Assembly (NCBI RefSeq): GCF_024298765.1
Contig: NZ_CP101212.1
DNA from: Escherichia coli
Lineage (GTDB): Bacteria > Pseudomonadota > Gammaproteobacteria > Enterobacterales > Enterobacteriaceae
Length of the DNA stretch: 64,000 bases
Strand: one strand, 5' to 3'
Under the pieces are notes generated by a model that saw only the letters and a list, made by a program, of their open reading frames with translations, did not search any database and was not told the origin of the DNA. Shown here one piece after another: positions 1 to 10,569 of the stretch. The stretch's first letter is position 1; each line of letters starts with the position of its first letter. Position numbers and translations under genes: made by a program.

Positions 1-570
1 AACTCAGCAAACATTCGTAAATGGATTGCTCGGTTTTATCACTTTTGGCATCTATACTCCGCTGGAAGCCCGGGTATATTGCTCACAATAGTTGCCCATC
101 GATATGGGGAGCTCATCTGCACTGTTCATTAATATACTTCTGGGCTCCCTACAGTTGTTTTTGCATAGTGATAAGCCTCTCTCTGAGGGAGGAAATAATC
201 CTGTTCAGCGATGTCTGCCAGTCGGGGGGGCTGCATTATCCACGCCCGAGGCGGTGGTGGCTTCACGCGGGGATGGGCAGATTGATCTGATATGCAACCG
301 ACGACGACCAGCGGCAACATCATCACGCAGAGCTTCATTTTCAGATTTGGGCCACCTTTTGATTTCTCGTTTAACTTTTGCAGTCACCAGACTGTGATTT
401 ATTTTAACAAATCAATAGCTTTCATAAAATTCTCGAAGCTGAAAGCTTAACTGAACCAACCAGCCTGGCTGGTGTTTTCTAAAGACAAAAAGGCCATCAG
501 CAAAACACTGATAGTCTGAATCACCTTTATCAATCATGTATGAAGAAAATATGCGCAATTAGTTGACAGT

Positions 571-586
571 GATTATCATTTTCATT
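571..586. promoter_or_regulatory. Fur-box-like operator next to a TTGACA -35 hexamer
   Basis: gattatcattttcatt resembles the Fur consensus GATAATGATAATCATTATC (reverse-complement half); TTGACA at 564-569 immediately upstream; hairpin plus U-tract at 626-692 downstream. Confidence 0.3.
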
Positions 587-950
587 AAAAAGAGCGCGTA
601 GCATTCTTATTTCATGAGGAAATTTACCCGCCAACAACCTGAGTAGCGAAAGCTGTTCATCCCCAATATTTTTGCTGGCGGGTTCTTTTTTCTACTGTCC
701 TCCTCCCCAGAGGAAGCATTCCCATTAATCATTACTGGCGAGGAGGCAAGAGAAAAAGTCGGTTCTTTGTCCCTAAATAACAGCATCATTTCAGTCCATG
801 CAAAATCTGATTTACCAGCTCACATAATAACCTGATGATACACAGTGTAAGTTCACAGAGATATTGCAATTGCCTCCGGATAAGTAAGGGGAGATTGCAC
901 TATGCAAATGCAGCACCTGAGGTTGGCTATCCTAAGCAGCCGATTATGCG

Positions 951-2001
951 TTGAGGCTTTCAGTGATGGCTGATATAGCAACAATGAGAATGAAGGCTCT
1001 GCACTTCTGGGATAAACACGGTATTTCTGCAGCTTCTGAAGCCTTTGGCGTATCCTGCCGCACGCTTTACTGGTGGCGTCAGTTACTGAACAAGGGAGGA
1101 CCTGAGGGGCTAATCCCGCACAGTAAGGCACCTCTGGTGCGACGAAAAAAGCACTGGCATCCCGATGTGCTGAAAGAGATTCGACGCCTCAGGACAGAGC
1201 TGCCGAACCTCGGTAAAGAGCAGATTTTTGTTCGCCTGAAGCCCTGGTGCGCATAACGCCATCAGACCTGCCCGAGTGTTTCCACCATCGGCAGAATGAT
1301 CGCCACCGCACACGATAAAATGCGGATGATACCAGTACGTCTGAGCTCGCGGGGTAAGGCTCTGCTTGTCAAAAAGCGAACCACCAAACCCCCGCAGGCC
1401 AAAGCACTACCGTCCGGTAAAGACAGGAGAGCTCATTGGGATGGACGCCATTGAGCTCAGAATGGGTGAAATGCGTCGCTATATCATTACCATGATCGAC
1501 GAACACAGCGATTACGTACTGGCGCTGGCTGTGCCGTCGCTCAACAGTGATATCGTCAATCACTTTTTCAGCCGTGCAGCCCGGCTGTTCCCTGTCGGTA
1601 TCAGCCAGATCATCACAGATAACGGGAAAGAGTTCCTGGGAAGCTTTGACAAAACGCTGCAGGAAGCCGCCATCAAACACCTCTGGACCTATCCCTACAC
1701 GCCAAAAATGAACGCTATCTGTGAACGTTTTAACCGGGCATTAAGAGAGCAATTCATTGAATTTAATGAAATTTTACTCTTTGAGGATCTGGCGTTGTTT
1801 AACCTGAAACTGGCGGAATATCTGGCGCTGTATAACAGCAAAAGACTCCACAAGGCGCTCGCACTAACGACGCCCGTGGAATATATTTTAAAAGAGAACA
1901 AAAATTGCAATATGTGGTGGACCCATACACAGCAAACGCACAGGCCGCCCCGGTTGGGTAGATATGTGGGATGGCTGGTTCAGACTTCAGGATATGGTTG
2001 A
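951..2001 (+). pseudogene. IS481/IS3-like DDE transposase remnant (HTH N-terminus plus rve integrase core), disrupted
   Basis: ORF 951-1256 encodes an HTH-type N-terminus; ORF 1366-2001 encodes an integrase core with a DDE-like TDNGKEF...ERFNRAL signature; TAA at 1254-1256 and a frame change near 1420-1440 separate them. Confidence 0.6.
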
Positions 2002-2774
2002 GGCTGGTGATGAAGTCTCTTTATCAGGAGATCTGATCAAGAGACAGCCGCGCAGGGGGATTCACTATGCTGGATTCTTTTAACAAATTCTCCGCTAACC
2101 AAAAAATAGACTTTTTGCATTCGTAAATGCGTTAAGAGATAATTTTTAAAGTTCCATCAATCTCCCGGCCAGTTCGTCTCGCGGCATTACTCACTATCCG
2201 CACAACTTCAGTAAGATCATGACTTTTTCAATCGTTATCTGTTGACCAAGCTTTGAAACCACTAGCGTCCCGTCAACCTGACCTGGAATCGTCGAGAACC
2301 GCCCATAGTTGTGAATTGGCTAGAGTGTGATGGAAAGCAACGCTAAACGACCTAGTCACACATTCTCTTTTCCCTAACAATGACCATTTAGTGAAATAAC
2401 GTATCCAAAATGATGACGTGAAAGCCTGACACTGGCAGCGAAAAGCCGAAAAAACTCACCTGGTCAGGAGCAAAAATCGGATTATTCGCCAACAGCGTAA
2501 TATCAGCAGTAGTTCTCGACACGCTTGCGCTATAGACAGAGGATGAAACGCTGCTGGTCGGAGTTCTCTATACATTTTTGGCGACGGCAGAACCGCTCAC
2601 CAATGCCTTAACGTCTATCAGCCTTCCGGTGAGTTGGAACAGCATGCTCAGCGTTTGCAAGATATTCTCCACGGTCTGTAGCAGCGTAGGTTTCAATTTA
2701 AATATCCCCAGATAGCCCTCTGGGAGCTTCCCTTTTTATTAAGTTTTAATTACCGTTGCAATAGTTAAATGATA

Positions 2775-2795
2775 TTGGTAATTATTATCATTAGC
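2775..2795. promoter_or_regulatory. Fur-box-like sequence about 440 bp upstream of iroB
   Basis: taattattatcattagc matches the AATGATAATCATTA core at 12 of 14 positions; no closer Fur-like site seen before the iroB start. Confidence 0.35.
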
Positions 2796-3236
2796 ATTTG
2801 TGTCTGTGTTGTTTCTGGTAAGGCTGAAAGGGAACAAACATCGCCTGTACAACGGCGTTTTTACTTACAGACCAGCGAAGGCGAGACTATCAGGATGATG
2901 CATCGTGTGTCTAAGAAATCACGGTTCTTTCCAGATTCGTTGTTCGGTCTAACACTGCACAAATGCGTCAGAACATCCCGGCGTAGCTGTCCGACGCCAT
3001 TTGGGCTGTTCAACAGGACAATGGCGCGTAAGCGTTAATGGAAGTGGGGATACGGAGTTCCCTGTTCACCTGTGTATGTCACGGAAAAGTCTCTGACTGA
3101 GCTGTCCATAACGCTGGTGAAGCACAAATGGCGCAGCATCTGGTAAAGCAGGTTTAACGAAAAGTCGTGTCCTGCTGCTGGCATATGAGTGCGTCGACTG
3201 CCTGATTTAGATCGTCAAGCGGAGAGGGATTTTCTC

Positions 3237-4352
3237 ATGCGTATTTTGTTTGTAGGCCCGCCTCTCTATGGGCTGTTGTATCCTGTGCTGTCTCTGGCGC
3301 AGGCATTTCGCGTTAACGGTCATGAAGTGCTGATCGCCAGTGGAGGACAATTCGCACAAAAAGCGGCAGAGGCCGGGTTGGTGGTGTTTGACGCCGCACC
3401 CGGTCTGGATTCCGAAGCTGGTTACCGCCACCATGAGGCACAGCGGAAAAAAAGTAATATCGGAACCCAAATGGGCAACTTCTCATTCTTCAGCGAAGAA
3501 ATGGCCGACCATCTGGTGGAGTTTGCCGGACACTGGCGGCCTGACCTCATCATCTACCCTCCGCTCGGAGTCATCGGGCCGCTGATTGCCGCCAAATATG
3601 ATATACCGGTCGTGATGCAAACCGTAGGCTTCGGCCATACCCCCTGGCATATCAAGGGTGTAACGCGTTCGCTCACGGACGCCTATCGTCGCCACAATGT
3701 GGGGGCCACACCACGTGATATGGCCTGGATCGACGTAACACCGCCGAGTATGAGCATTCTGGAAAACGACGGTGAACCCATTATTCCGATGCAGTACGTC
3801 CCGTATAACGGTGGCGCGGTGTGGGAACCATGGTGGGAGAGAAGGCCCGAGCGTAAACGTCTGCTGGTGAGTCTCGGCACTGTCAAACCGATGGTTGACG
3901 GCCTTGATCTAATCGCCTGGGTTATGGATTCTGCCAGTGAGGTCGATGCCGAGATCATCCTGCATATTTCAGCCAATGCGCGGTCCGATTTGCGCTCGCT
4001 GCCGTCAAATGTTCGCCTGGTTGACTGGATACCCATGGGTGTCTTCCTCAACGGCGCAGATGGTTTCATTCATCATGGCGGAGCAGGCAATACCCTGACA
4101 GCGCTACACGCTGGTATTCCACAAATCGTCTTCGGCCAGGGAGCCGATCGCCCGGTAAATGCCCGCGTTGTTGCCGAACGCGGCTGCGGGATTATCCCTG
4201 GCGACGTCGGCCTGTCGAGTAACATGATCAATGCTTTCCTCAACAATCGCTCACTTCGCAAAGCCTCTGAAGAGGTAGCAGCGGAAATGGCGGCGCAACC
4301 CTGCCCAGGTGAAGTGGCGAAAAGCCTGATCACAATGGTACAGAAAGGGTAA
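3237..4352 (+). CDS. iroB: Salmochelin C-glucosyltransferase IroB
   Basis: 371 aa from ATG at 3237 (track ORF begins at an upstream GTG); glycosyltransferase-like N-terminus MRILFVGPP; first gene of an iroBCDE-iroN syntenic block. Confidence 0.92.
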   Translation: MRILFVGPPLYGLLYPVLSLAQAFRVNGHEVLIASGGQFAQKAAEAGLVVFDAAPGLDSEAGYRHHEAQRKKSNIGTQMGNFSFFSEEMADHLVEFAGHWRPDLIIYPPLGVIGPLIAAKYDIPVVMQTVGFGHTPWHIKGVTRSLTDAYRRHNVGATPRDMAWIDVTPPSMSILENDGEPIIPMQYVPYNGGAVWEPWWERRPERKRLLVSLGTVKPMVDGLDLIAWVMDSASEVDAEIILHISANARSDLRSLPSNVRLVDWIPMGVFLNGADGFIHHGGAGNTLTALHAGIPQIVFGQGADRPVNARVVAERGCGIIPGDVGLSSNMINAFLNNRSLRKASEEVAAEMAAQPCPGEVAKSLITMVQKG

Positions 4353-4491
4353 CCACTACACCTTCATGATAATCATATGCCAGCACCCATCCAGGAGTCA
4401 TGCATCCATAACAATGCGGGACCGGAGCGTGCTGGCTTTTTTGCGGAACGATCCGGCCAGTGGATCGTATTTTACAGACGGAGGAGGCTTA

Positions 4492-7400
4492 ATGCCTGCG
4501 AATCACACTCCCACACCGGCTCAGTCATGGATAGTTCGCCTAGCGCGCGTGTGCTGGGAACGTAAGAAACTTAGTGTCATCGTGGTGGTAGCGTCAGTAT
4601 CGACTATTTTGCTGGCTGCGCTGACGCCACTGCTGACAAGACAGGCTGTGAATGACGCACTGGCGGGCAATCCGGCCCGCCTGCCGTGGCTGGCCTGCGG
4701 GTTACTGTTGATCGCTTTTTTTGATTTCATCGGTAACTATGTGCGCCGTGGTTATGCCGGGATGCTCTCACTCTGGGTGCAGCATACCCTCAGAGGACGG
4801 GTATTCGACAGTATTCAGAAACTTGACGGCGCAGGCCAGGATGCGCTGCGCACCGGGCAGGTGATTTCACGGACCAACAGCGATCTGCAGCAGGTGCATA
4901 CCCTGCTGCAGATGTGCCCGGTGCCGCTGGCAGTGTTCACTTATTACATTGCCGGCATTGCCGTGATGCTGTGGATGTCCCCTGCCATGACGCTTATCGT
5001 CGTGTGCGTACTGGTATGCCTGGCGATCACCGCGCTTCGTGCGCGTCGTAGGGTCTTCGCGCAAACCGGGCTGGCCTCGGACCAACTGGCGAATCTCACC
5101 GAACATATACGCGAGGTGCTGGCACAGATCTCAGTGGTAAAATCCTGTGTGGCAGAGATGCGTGAAACGCACTGGCTCGATAGGCAGTCGCGGCAGATTG
5201 TGCGTGTACGCATCGGTGCGGTTATCTCGCAGGCGATGCCTGGGGCCACCATGCTGGCGCTACCGGTGCTCGGGCAAATCGTCCTGCTGTGCTACGGCGG
5301 GTGGTCGGTCATGCACGGGCGGATCGATCTCGGTACCTTCGTTGCATTCGCCAGCTTCCTCGCGATGCTGACCGGGCCAACCCGCGTACTGGCATCGTTT
5401 CTGGTTATCGCACAGCGCACTCAGGCGTCCGTGGAGCGGGTGTTTGCACTGATCGACACCCGTTCACAGATGGAGGACGGGACGGAGTCGATTAACAGTC
5501 AGGTTGTCGGACTGGAACTGGAGAATATGAGCTTTGACTACCACCATGGCGACAGACATATCCTCAGCGATATCTCCTTTTCCCTGCGCGCCGGTGAAAC
5601 CGTGGCGGTGGTGGGCGCATCGGGTTCAGGAAAATCGACCCTGTTGATGCTGCTGGCGCGTTTTTATGATCCCTGCTCCGGAAAGATATGGCTCAACACC
5701 AGCGAAGGCCGACAAAATCTTCGCGATATCAGACTGGAGGCGCTTCGTCGCCGGGTAGGCATCGTATTTGAAGATGCTTTTCTGTTTGCCGGTACGGTGG
5801 CGGAAAATATCGCCTATGGCCACCCTCAGGCAACGGCGGACGACATTCGCCGTGCGGCAGCTGCTGCAGGAGCCAGCGATTTTATCAACGCCCTGCCGAA
5901 AGGCTTCGATAGCCTGTTAACCGAACGGGGTACGAATCTTTCCGGCGGGCAGAGGCAGCGAATAGCGCTGGCGCGGGCGCTCATTACTGCACCGGACGTG
6001 TTAATCCTGGATGATACCACCTCAGCGGTTGATGCTGTTACGGAAGCGGAGATTAATACCGCGCTGGGTCGCTATGCTGACGAAGGGCATATGCTGCTGG
6101 TGATTGCCCGACGGCGTTCAACACTTCAGCTAGCCAGCCGGGTTGTGGTGCTGGATAAGGGCCGTATGGTGGATACCGGAACCCCGGCAGAACTTGAAGC
6201 GCGCTGTCCGGCGTTCCGCGCACTGATGACCGGCGACAGCGATTTTCTGGCCACGTCCCACAATAGCCACAACGAATTGTGGCCGGCTGAACCAGCGACA
6301 CAAGACGATGTAACGGATACGGGGGATAAAGGTTTTGTCGCCCGTATGACCCGCGTACCGGAAAATGCAGTACAGCAGGCGCTGGCCGGTAAAGGCCGCA
6401 AAGTCACGTCACTACTGAAGCCTGTGGCGTGGATGTTCGTCATCGCCGCTCTGCTGATCGCACTCGATTCTGCGGCAGGCGTAGGGGTGCTGATACTGTT
6501 GCAGCACGGCATTGACTCCGGTGTCGCCGCAGGCGATATGTCGACCATCGGCCTCTGTGCCCTGCTCGCCCTGAGCCTGGTCATTGTGGGCTGGTGCAGT
6601 TATTCTCTGCAGACGGTCTTCGCCGCCAGAGCGGCGGAATCAGTTCAGCATTCGGTGCGCTTGCGCAGCTTCGGCCATATGCTGCGTCTTGGACTCCCCT
6701 GGCATGAAAAGCATGCCGATTCGCGTCTTACCCGCATGACCGTTGATGTGGACTCTCTCGCCCGCTTTCTGCAAAACGGCCTTGCCGGTGCGGCCACCAG
6801 TCTGGTGACGATGTTCGCAATCGCCGCCACCATGTTCTGGCTCGACCCGTTCCTGGCGCTGACGGCATTAAGCGCAGTGCCAGTGGCCGCACTGGCAACC
6901 ATGATTTATCGCCGCCTCAGTACCCCTGCTTATGCACAGGCACGGCTGGAAATAGGCAAAGTCAACAGCACCCTGCAGGAAAAAGTCTCTGGCATGCGTG
7001 TCGTGCAATCGCATGGTCAGCAGGAACTGGAGGGCGCCCGGCTGCGCGCGTTATCGGAGCGTTTCCGCGCAACCCGTGTGCGAGCACAAAAATACCTTGC
7101 AGTCTATTTTCCGTTCCTGACATTCTGCACCGAGGCCTCCTATGCCGCTGTTCTGTTAGTGGGAGCTTCGCAGGTCGCCGCTGGAGAAATGACTGCCGGG
7201 GTACTGGCGGCTTTCTTCCTGTTGCTGGGGCAATTCTATGGGCCAGTGCAGCAGTTATCAGGGATTGTCGACGCCTGGCAGCAGGCGACAGCCAGCGGCA
7301 AACATATTGATGAACTACTGGCGACAGAAGGCACTGAGAACCTCGGCTCCTCTTCGGTCCTCCCTGTCACCGGTGCACTGCATCTTGATGAGGTCACGTT

Positions 7401-8151
7401 CAGTTATCCCGACAGTCACGAGCCAGCTCTGAACAAACTTACCCTGACGATCCCAGAGGGAATGGTTGTTGCGGTCGTCGGTCGCAGCGGTGCGGGTAAG
7501 TCGACGCTGATTAAGCTGATTGCCGGGTTGTATTTCCCCACGCACGGCAACATCAGAATCGGTGTGCAAATGCTCGATGATGCCTCGCTCGCTGAGTATC
7601 GTCGCCAGATTGGGCTTGTCGATCAGGATGTAGCACTGTTTAGTAGTGATATTGCAGAAAACATTCGTTATTCACGGCCATCCGCCACCAATGAAGACGT
7701 TGAAATTGCCTCACAGCGGGCAGGGCTGTATGAGATGGTGTGCAATCTGCCGCAGGGATTCCGGACACCAGTGAATAACGGCGGAGCCGATCTGTCCGCA
7801 GGTCAGCGCCAGTTGATTGCGCTGTCCCGCGCGCAACTGGCTAATGCTCACATCCTGCTGCTCGACGAAGCCACGTCATGTCTGGATCGCACATCCGAAG
7901 AACGACTGATGTCATCGTTAACAGATGTCGTGCATGCCGGGAAGCACTCGGCGCTGATTGTTGCACATCGTCTGACCACCGCGCAACGCTGCGATCTGAT
8001 TGCCGTTATTGATAAGGGGTTACTTGCGGAATACGGAACCCACGAACAGCTGTTATCTGCGGGCGGCCTCTATACCCGCTTATGGCATGACAGCGTCAGC
8101 AGTACTGCGCTCCATCGCCAGCACAACATGAAGGAGGAAACCCCGGGATAG
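4492..8151 (+). CDS. iroC: Salmochelin/enterobactin ABC exporter IroC (fused permease-ATPase, two halves)
   Basis: Two Walker A motifs (GASGSGKST, GRSGAGKST) and two LSGGQ/LSAGQ signatures; start placed at ATG 4492 behind the GGAGGAGG RBS, giving 1219 aa; track ORF starts at 4366. Confidence 0.9.
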   Translation: MPANHTPTPAQSWIVRLARVCWERKKLSVIVVVASVSTILLAALTPLLTRQAVNDALAGNPARLPWLACGLLLIAFFDFIGNYVRRGYAGMLSLWVQHTLRGRVFDSIQKLDGAGQDALRTGQVISRTNSDLQQVHTLLQMCPVPLAVFTYYIAGIAVMLWMSPAMTLIVVCVLVCLAITALRARRRVFAQTGLASDQLANLTEHIREVLAQISVVKSCVAEMRETHWLDRQSRQIVRVRIGAVISQAMPGATMLALPVLGQIVLLCYGGWSVMHGRIDLGTFVAFASFLAMLTGPTRVLASFLVIAQRTQASVERVFALIDTRSQMEDGTESINSQVVGLELENMSFDYHHGDRHILSDISFSLRAGETVAVVGASGSGKSTLLMLLARFYDPCSGKIWLNTSEGRQNLRDIRLEALRRRVGIVFEDAFLFAGTVAENIAYGHPQATADDIRRAAAAAGASDFINALPKGFDSLLTERGTNLSGGQRQRIALARALITAPDVLILDDTTSAVDAVTEAEINTALGRYADEGHMLLVIARRRSTLQLASRVVVLDKGRMVDTGTPAELEARCPAFRALMTGDSDFLATSHNSHNELWPAEPATQDDVTDTGDKGFVARMTRVPENAVQQALAGKGRKVTSLLKPVAWMFVIAALLIALDSAAGVGVLILLQHGIDSGVAAGDMSTIGLCALLALSLVIVGWCSYSLQTVFAARAAESVQHSVRLRSFGHMLRLGLPWHEKHADSRLTRMTVDVDSLARFLQNGLAGAATSLVTMFAIAATMFWLDPFLALTALSAVPVAALATMIYRRLSTPAYAQARLEIGKVNSTLQEKVSGMRVVQSHGQQELEGARLRALSERFRATRVRAQKYLAVYFPFLTFCTEASYAAVLLVGASQVAAGEMTAGVLAAFFLLLGQFYGPVQQLSGIVDAWQQATASGKHIDELLATEGTENLGSSSVLPVTGALHLDEVTFSYPDSHEPALNKLTLTIPEGMVVAVVGRSGAGKSTLIKLIAGLYFPTHGNIRIGVQMLDDASLAEYRRQIGLVDQDVALFSSDIAENIRYSRPSATNEDVEIASQRAGLYEMVCNLPQGFRTPVNNGGADLSAGQRQLIALSRAQLANAHILLLDEATSCLDRTSEERLMSSLTDVVHAGKHSALIVAHRLTTAQRCDLIAVIDKGLLAEYGTHEQLLSAGGLYTRLWHDSVSSTALHRQHNMKEETPG

Positions 8152-8254
8152 TTACTGGACACGTAATGTATTAAAAACACAGTCAGAAGCGGCGGTACCG
8201 TGAATAGCCGCTTTAATTATTTATACTGACATCCTTAATTTTTAAAGAGTATGA

Positions 8255-9484
8255 ATGCTGAACATGCAACAACATCCCTCTGCTATCGCCAGCCTGCGCA
8301 ACCAACTGGCAGCGGGCCACATTGCTAACCTTACTGACTTCTGGCGCGAAGCTGAGTCGCTGAATGTTCCTCTTGTGACGCCAGTCGAAGGAGCGGAAGA
8401 TGAGCGAGAAGTTACCTTTCTGTGGCGCGCCCGACATCCTCTGCAGGGCGTTTATCTGCGTCTGAACCGGGTGACGGATAAAGAGCACGTAGAAAAAGGA
8501 ATGATGAGCGCCCTTCCCGAAACGGATATCTGGACACTGACACTGCGTTTACCCGCAAGTTACTGCGGCTCCTATTCGCTGCTGGAAATCCCCCCCGGCA
8601 CTACGGCTGAGACGATTGCACTGTCCGGAGGCCGTTTTTCCACCCTCGCCGGAAAAGCCGATCCGCTAAACAAAATGCCGGAGATCAACGTTCGGGGGAA
8701 CGCAAAGGAATCAGTGCTGACACTTGATAAAGCTCCCGCCCTGTCGGAATGGAACGGCGGCTTCCACACCGGACAACTGCTTACCTCCATGCGCATTATC
8801 GCCGGGAAATCTCGCCAGATTCGGCTCTATATTCCGGATGTTGATATTTCTCAGCCCCTCGGGCTGGTCGTGCTGCCCGATGGTGAAACCTGGTTTGATC
8901 ACCTTGGCGTATGCGCGGCAATTGACGCCGCCATAAATAACGGGCGCATCGTGCCCGTGGCTGTACTGGGCATTGACAACATTAATGAACATGAACGCAC
9001 TGAGATACTCGGCGGGCGCAGCAAACTGATAAAGGATATCGCCGGACATCTGCTGCCGATGATTCGCGCTGAACAACCGCAGCGTCAGTGGGCAGACCGT
9101 TCGCGCACAGTGCTGGCCGGGCAGAGCCTCGGCGGGATCAGTGCGCTAATGGGGGCTCGTTACGCACCGGAAACGTTCGGTCTGGTGCTCAGCCACTCTC
9201 CTTCAATGTGGTGGACGCCAGAAAGAACCAGTCGACCAGGCTTGTTCAGCGAAACCGATACCTCATGGGTGAGTGAGCATCTGCTTTCTGCCCCACCGCA
9301 GGGCGTACGTATCAGCCTGTGCGTGGGATCGCTGGAAGGTTCGACAGTGCCTCACGTTCAGCAGCTTCACCAGCGGCTGATTACCGCTGGCGTCGAAAGC
9401 CATTGCGCAATTTACACCGGTGGTCACGATTACGCATGGTGGCGCGGTGCACTGATTGACGGGATTGGTTTACTACAGGGTTGA
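8255..9484 (+). CDS. iroD: Salmochelin esterase IroD (Fes-like)
   Basis: 409 aa; esterase GQSLGG serine motif; position after iroC. Confidence 0.92.
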   Translation: MLNMQQHPSAIASLRNQLAAGHIANLTDFWREAESLNVPLVTPVEGAEDEREVTFLWRARHPLQGVYLRLNRVTDKEHVEKGMMSALPETDIWTLTLRLPASYCGSYSLLEIPPGTTAETIALSGGRFSTLAGKADPLNKMPEINVRGNAKESVLTLDKAPALSEWNGGFHTGQLLTSMRIIAGKSRQIRLYIPDVDISQPLGLVVLPDGETWFDHLGVCAAIDAAINNGRIVPVAVLGIDNINEHERTEILGGRSKLIKDIAGHLLPMIRAEQPQRQWADRSRTVLAGQSLGGISALMGARYAPETFGLVLSHSPSMWWTPERTSRPGLFSETDTSWVSEHLLSAPPQGVRISLCVGSLEGSTVPHVQQLHQRLITAGVESHCAIYTGGHDYAWWRGALIDGIGLLQG

Positions 9485-9568
9485 GTTGACCCACAAACAC
9501 TTTCAGGAAACGGTACAGACTTCCCGAATAAATCAAATTGTCACCTGCGGAAAAGGAATAATCATCAG

Positions 9569-10525
9569 ATGTATGCCCGCGAGTATCGCTCAACACGCCC
9601 GCATAAAGCGATTTTCTTTCATCTTTCTTGCCTCACCCTTATCTGTAGTGCGCAAGTTTATGCGAAGCCGGATATGCGGCCACTGGGGCCGAATATAGCC
9701 GATAAAGGCTCCGTGTTTTACCATTTCAGCACCACCTCTTTCGACTCTGTCGATGGCACACGCCATTATCGGGTATGGACGGCCGTGCCGAATACAACCG
9801 CACCGGCATCGGGTTACCCGATTTTATATATGCTTGACGGTAACGCAGTTATGGACCGCCTGGATGACGAACTGCTCAAACAATTGTCAGAAAAAACACC
9901 GCCAGTGATCGTGGCTGTCGGGTATCAGACCAACCTCCCTTTCGATCTCAACAGCAGGGCTTACGACTATACGCCAGCAGCAGAAAGCAGAAAAACAGAT
10001 CTCCACTCAGGGCGTTTTAGCCGTAAGAGTGGTGGCAGCAACAACTTCCGCCAGTTACTGGAAACGCGTATTGCCCCAAAAGTGGAACAGGGACTGAATA
10101 TCGATCGGCAACGCCGCGGCTTATGGGGGCACTCCTACGGCGGCCTCTTCGTGCTGGATTCCTGGCTGTCCTCCTCTTACTTCCGGTCGTACTACAGTGC
10201 CAGCCCGTCGTTGGGCAGAGGTTATGATGCTTTGCTAAGCCGCGTTACGGCGGTTGAGCCTCTGCAATTCTGCGCCAAACACCTGGCGATAATGGAAGGC
10301 TCGGCGACACAGGGTGATAACCGGGAAACGCATGCTGTCGGGGTGCTGTCGAAAATTCATACCACCCTCACTATACTGAAAGATAAAGGCGTCAATGTCG
10401 TATTTTGGGATTTCCCCAACTTGGGACACGGGCCGATGTTCAATGCCTCCTTTCGCCAGGCACTGTTAGATATCAGTGGTGAAAACGCAAATTACACAGC
10501 AGGTTGTCATGAGTTAAGCCACTAA
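9569..10525 (+). CDS. iroE: Periplasmic salmochelin hydrolase IroE
   Basis: 318 aa; signal-peptide-like N-terminus; GHSYGG hydrolase motif; synteny. Confidence 0.9.
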   Translation: MYAREYRSTRPHKAIFFHLSCLTLICSAQVYAKPDMRPLGPNIADKGSVFYHFSTTSFDSVDGTRHYRVWTAVPNTTAPASGYPILYMLDGNAVMDRLDDELLKQLSEKTPPVIVAVGYQTNLPFDLNSRAYDYTPAAESRKTDLHSGRFSRKSGGSNNFRQLLETRIAPKVEQGLNIDRQRRGLWGHSYGGLFVLDSWLSSSYFRSYYSASPSLGRGYDALLSRVTAVEPLQFCAKHLAIMEGSATQGDNRETHAVGVLSKIHTTLTILKDKGVNVVFWDFPNLGHGPMFNASFRQALLDISGENANYTAGCHELSH

Positions 10526-10527
10526 AC

Positions 10528-10551
10528 ACTGCCCGCTTTTACGCGGGCAGT
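10528..10551. terminator. Hairpin between convergent iroE and iroN (possible bidirectional terminator)
   Basis: actgcccgc-tttta-c-gcgggcagt forms a 9 bp stem; no clean U-tract on either side. Confidence 0.3.
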
Positions 10552-10569
10552 ACGCCTGAAACACTACGA

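Noticed and set aside
12-2128. Repeated 12-mer cattcgtaaatg at 12-23 and 2117-2128 as possible IS ends
   Set aside because: Only 12 bp, direct orientation and not at the expected IS termini; consistent with chance in a 64 kb window
2769-3038. 89 aa ORF upstream of iroB
   Set aside because: Its start overlaps the Fur-like site, the product is low-complexity, and there is no RBS; likely non-coding
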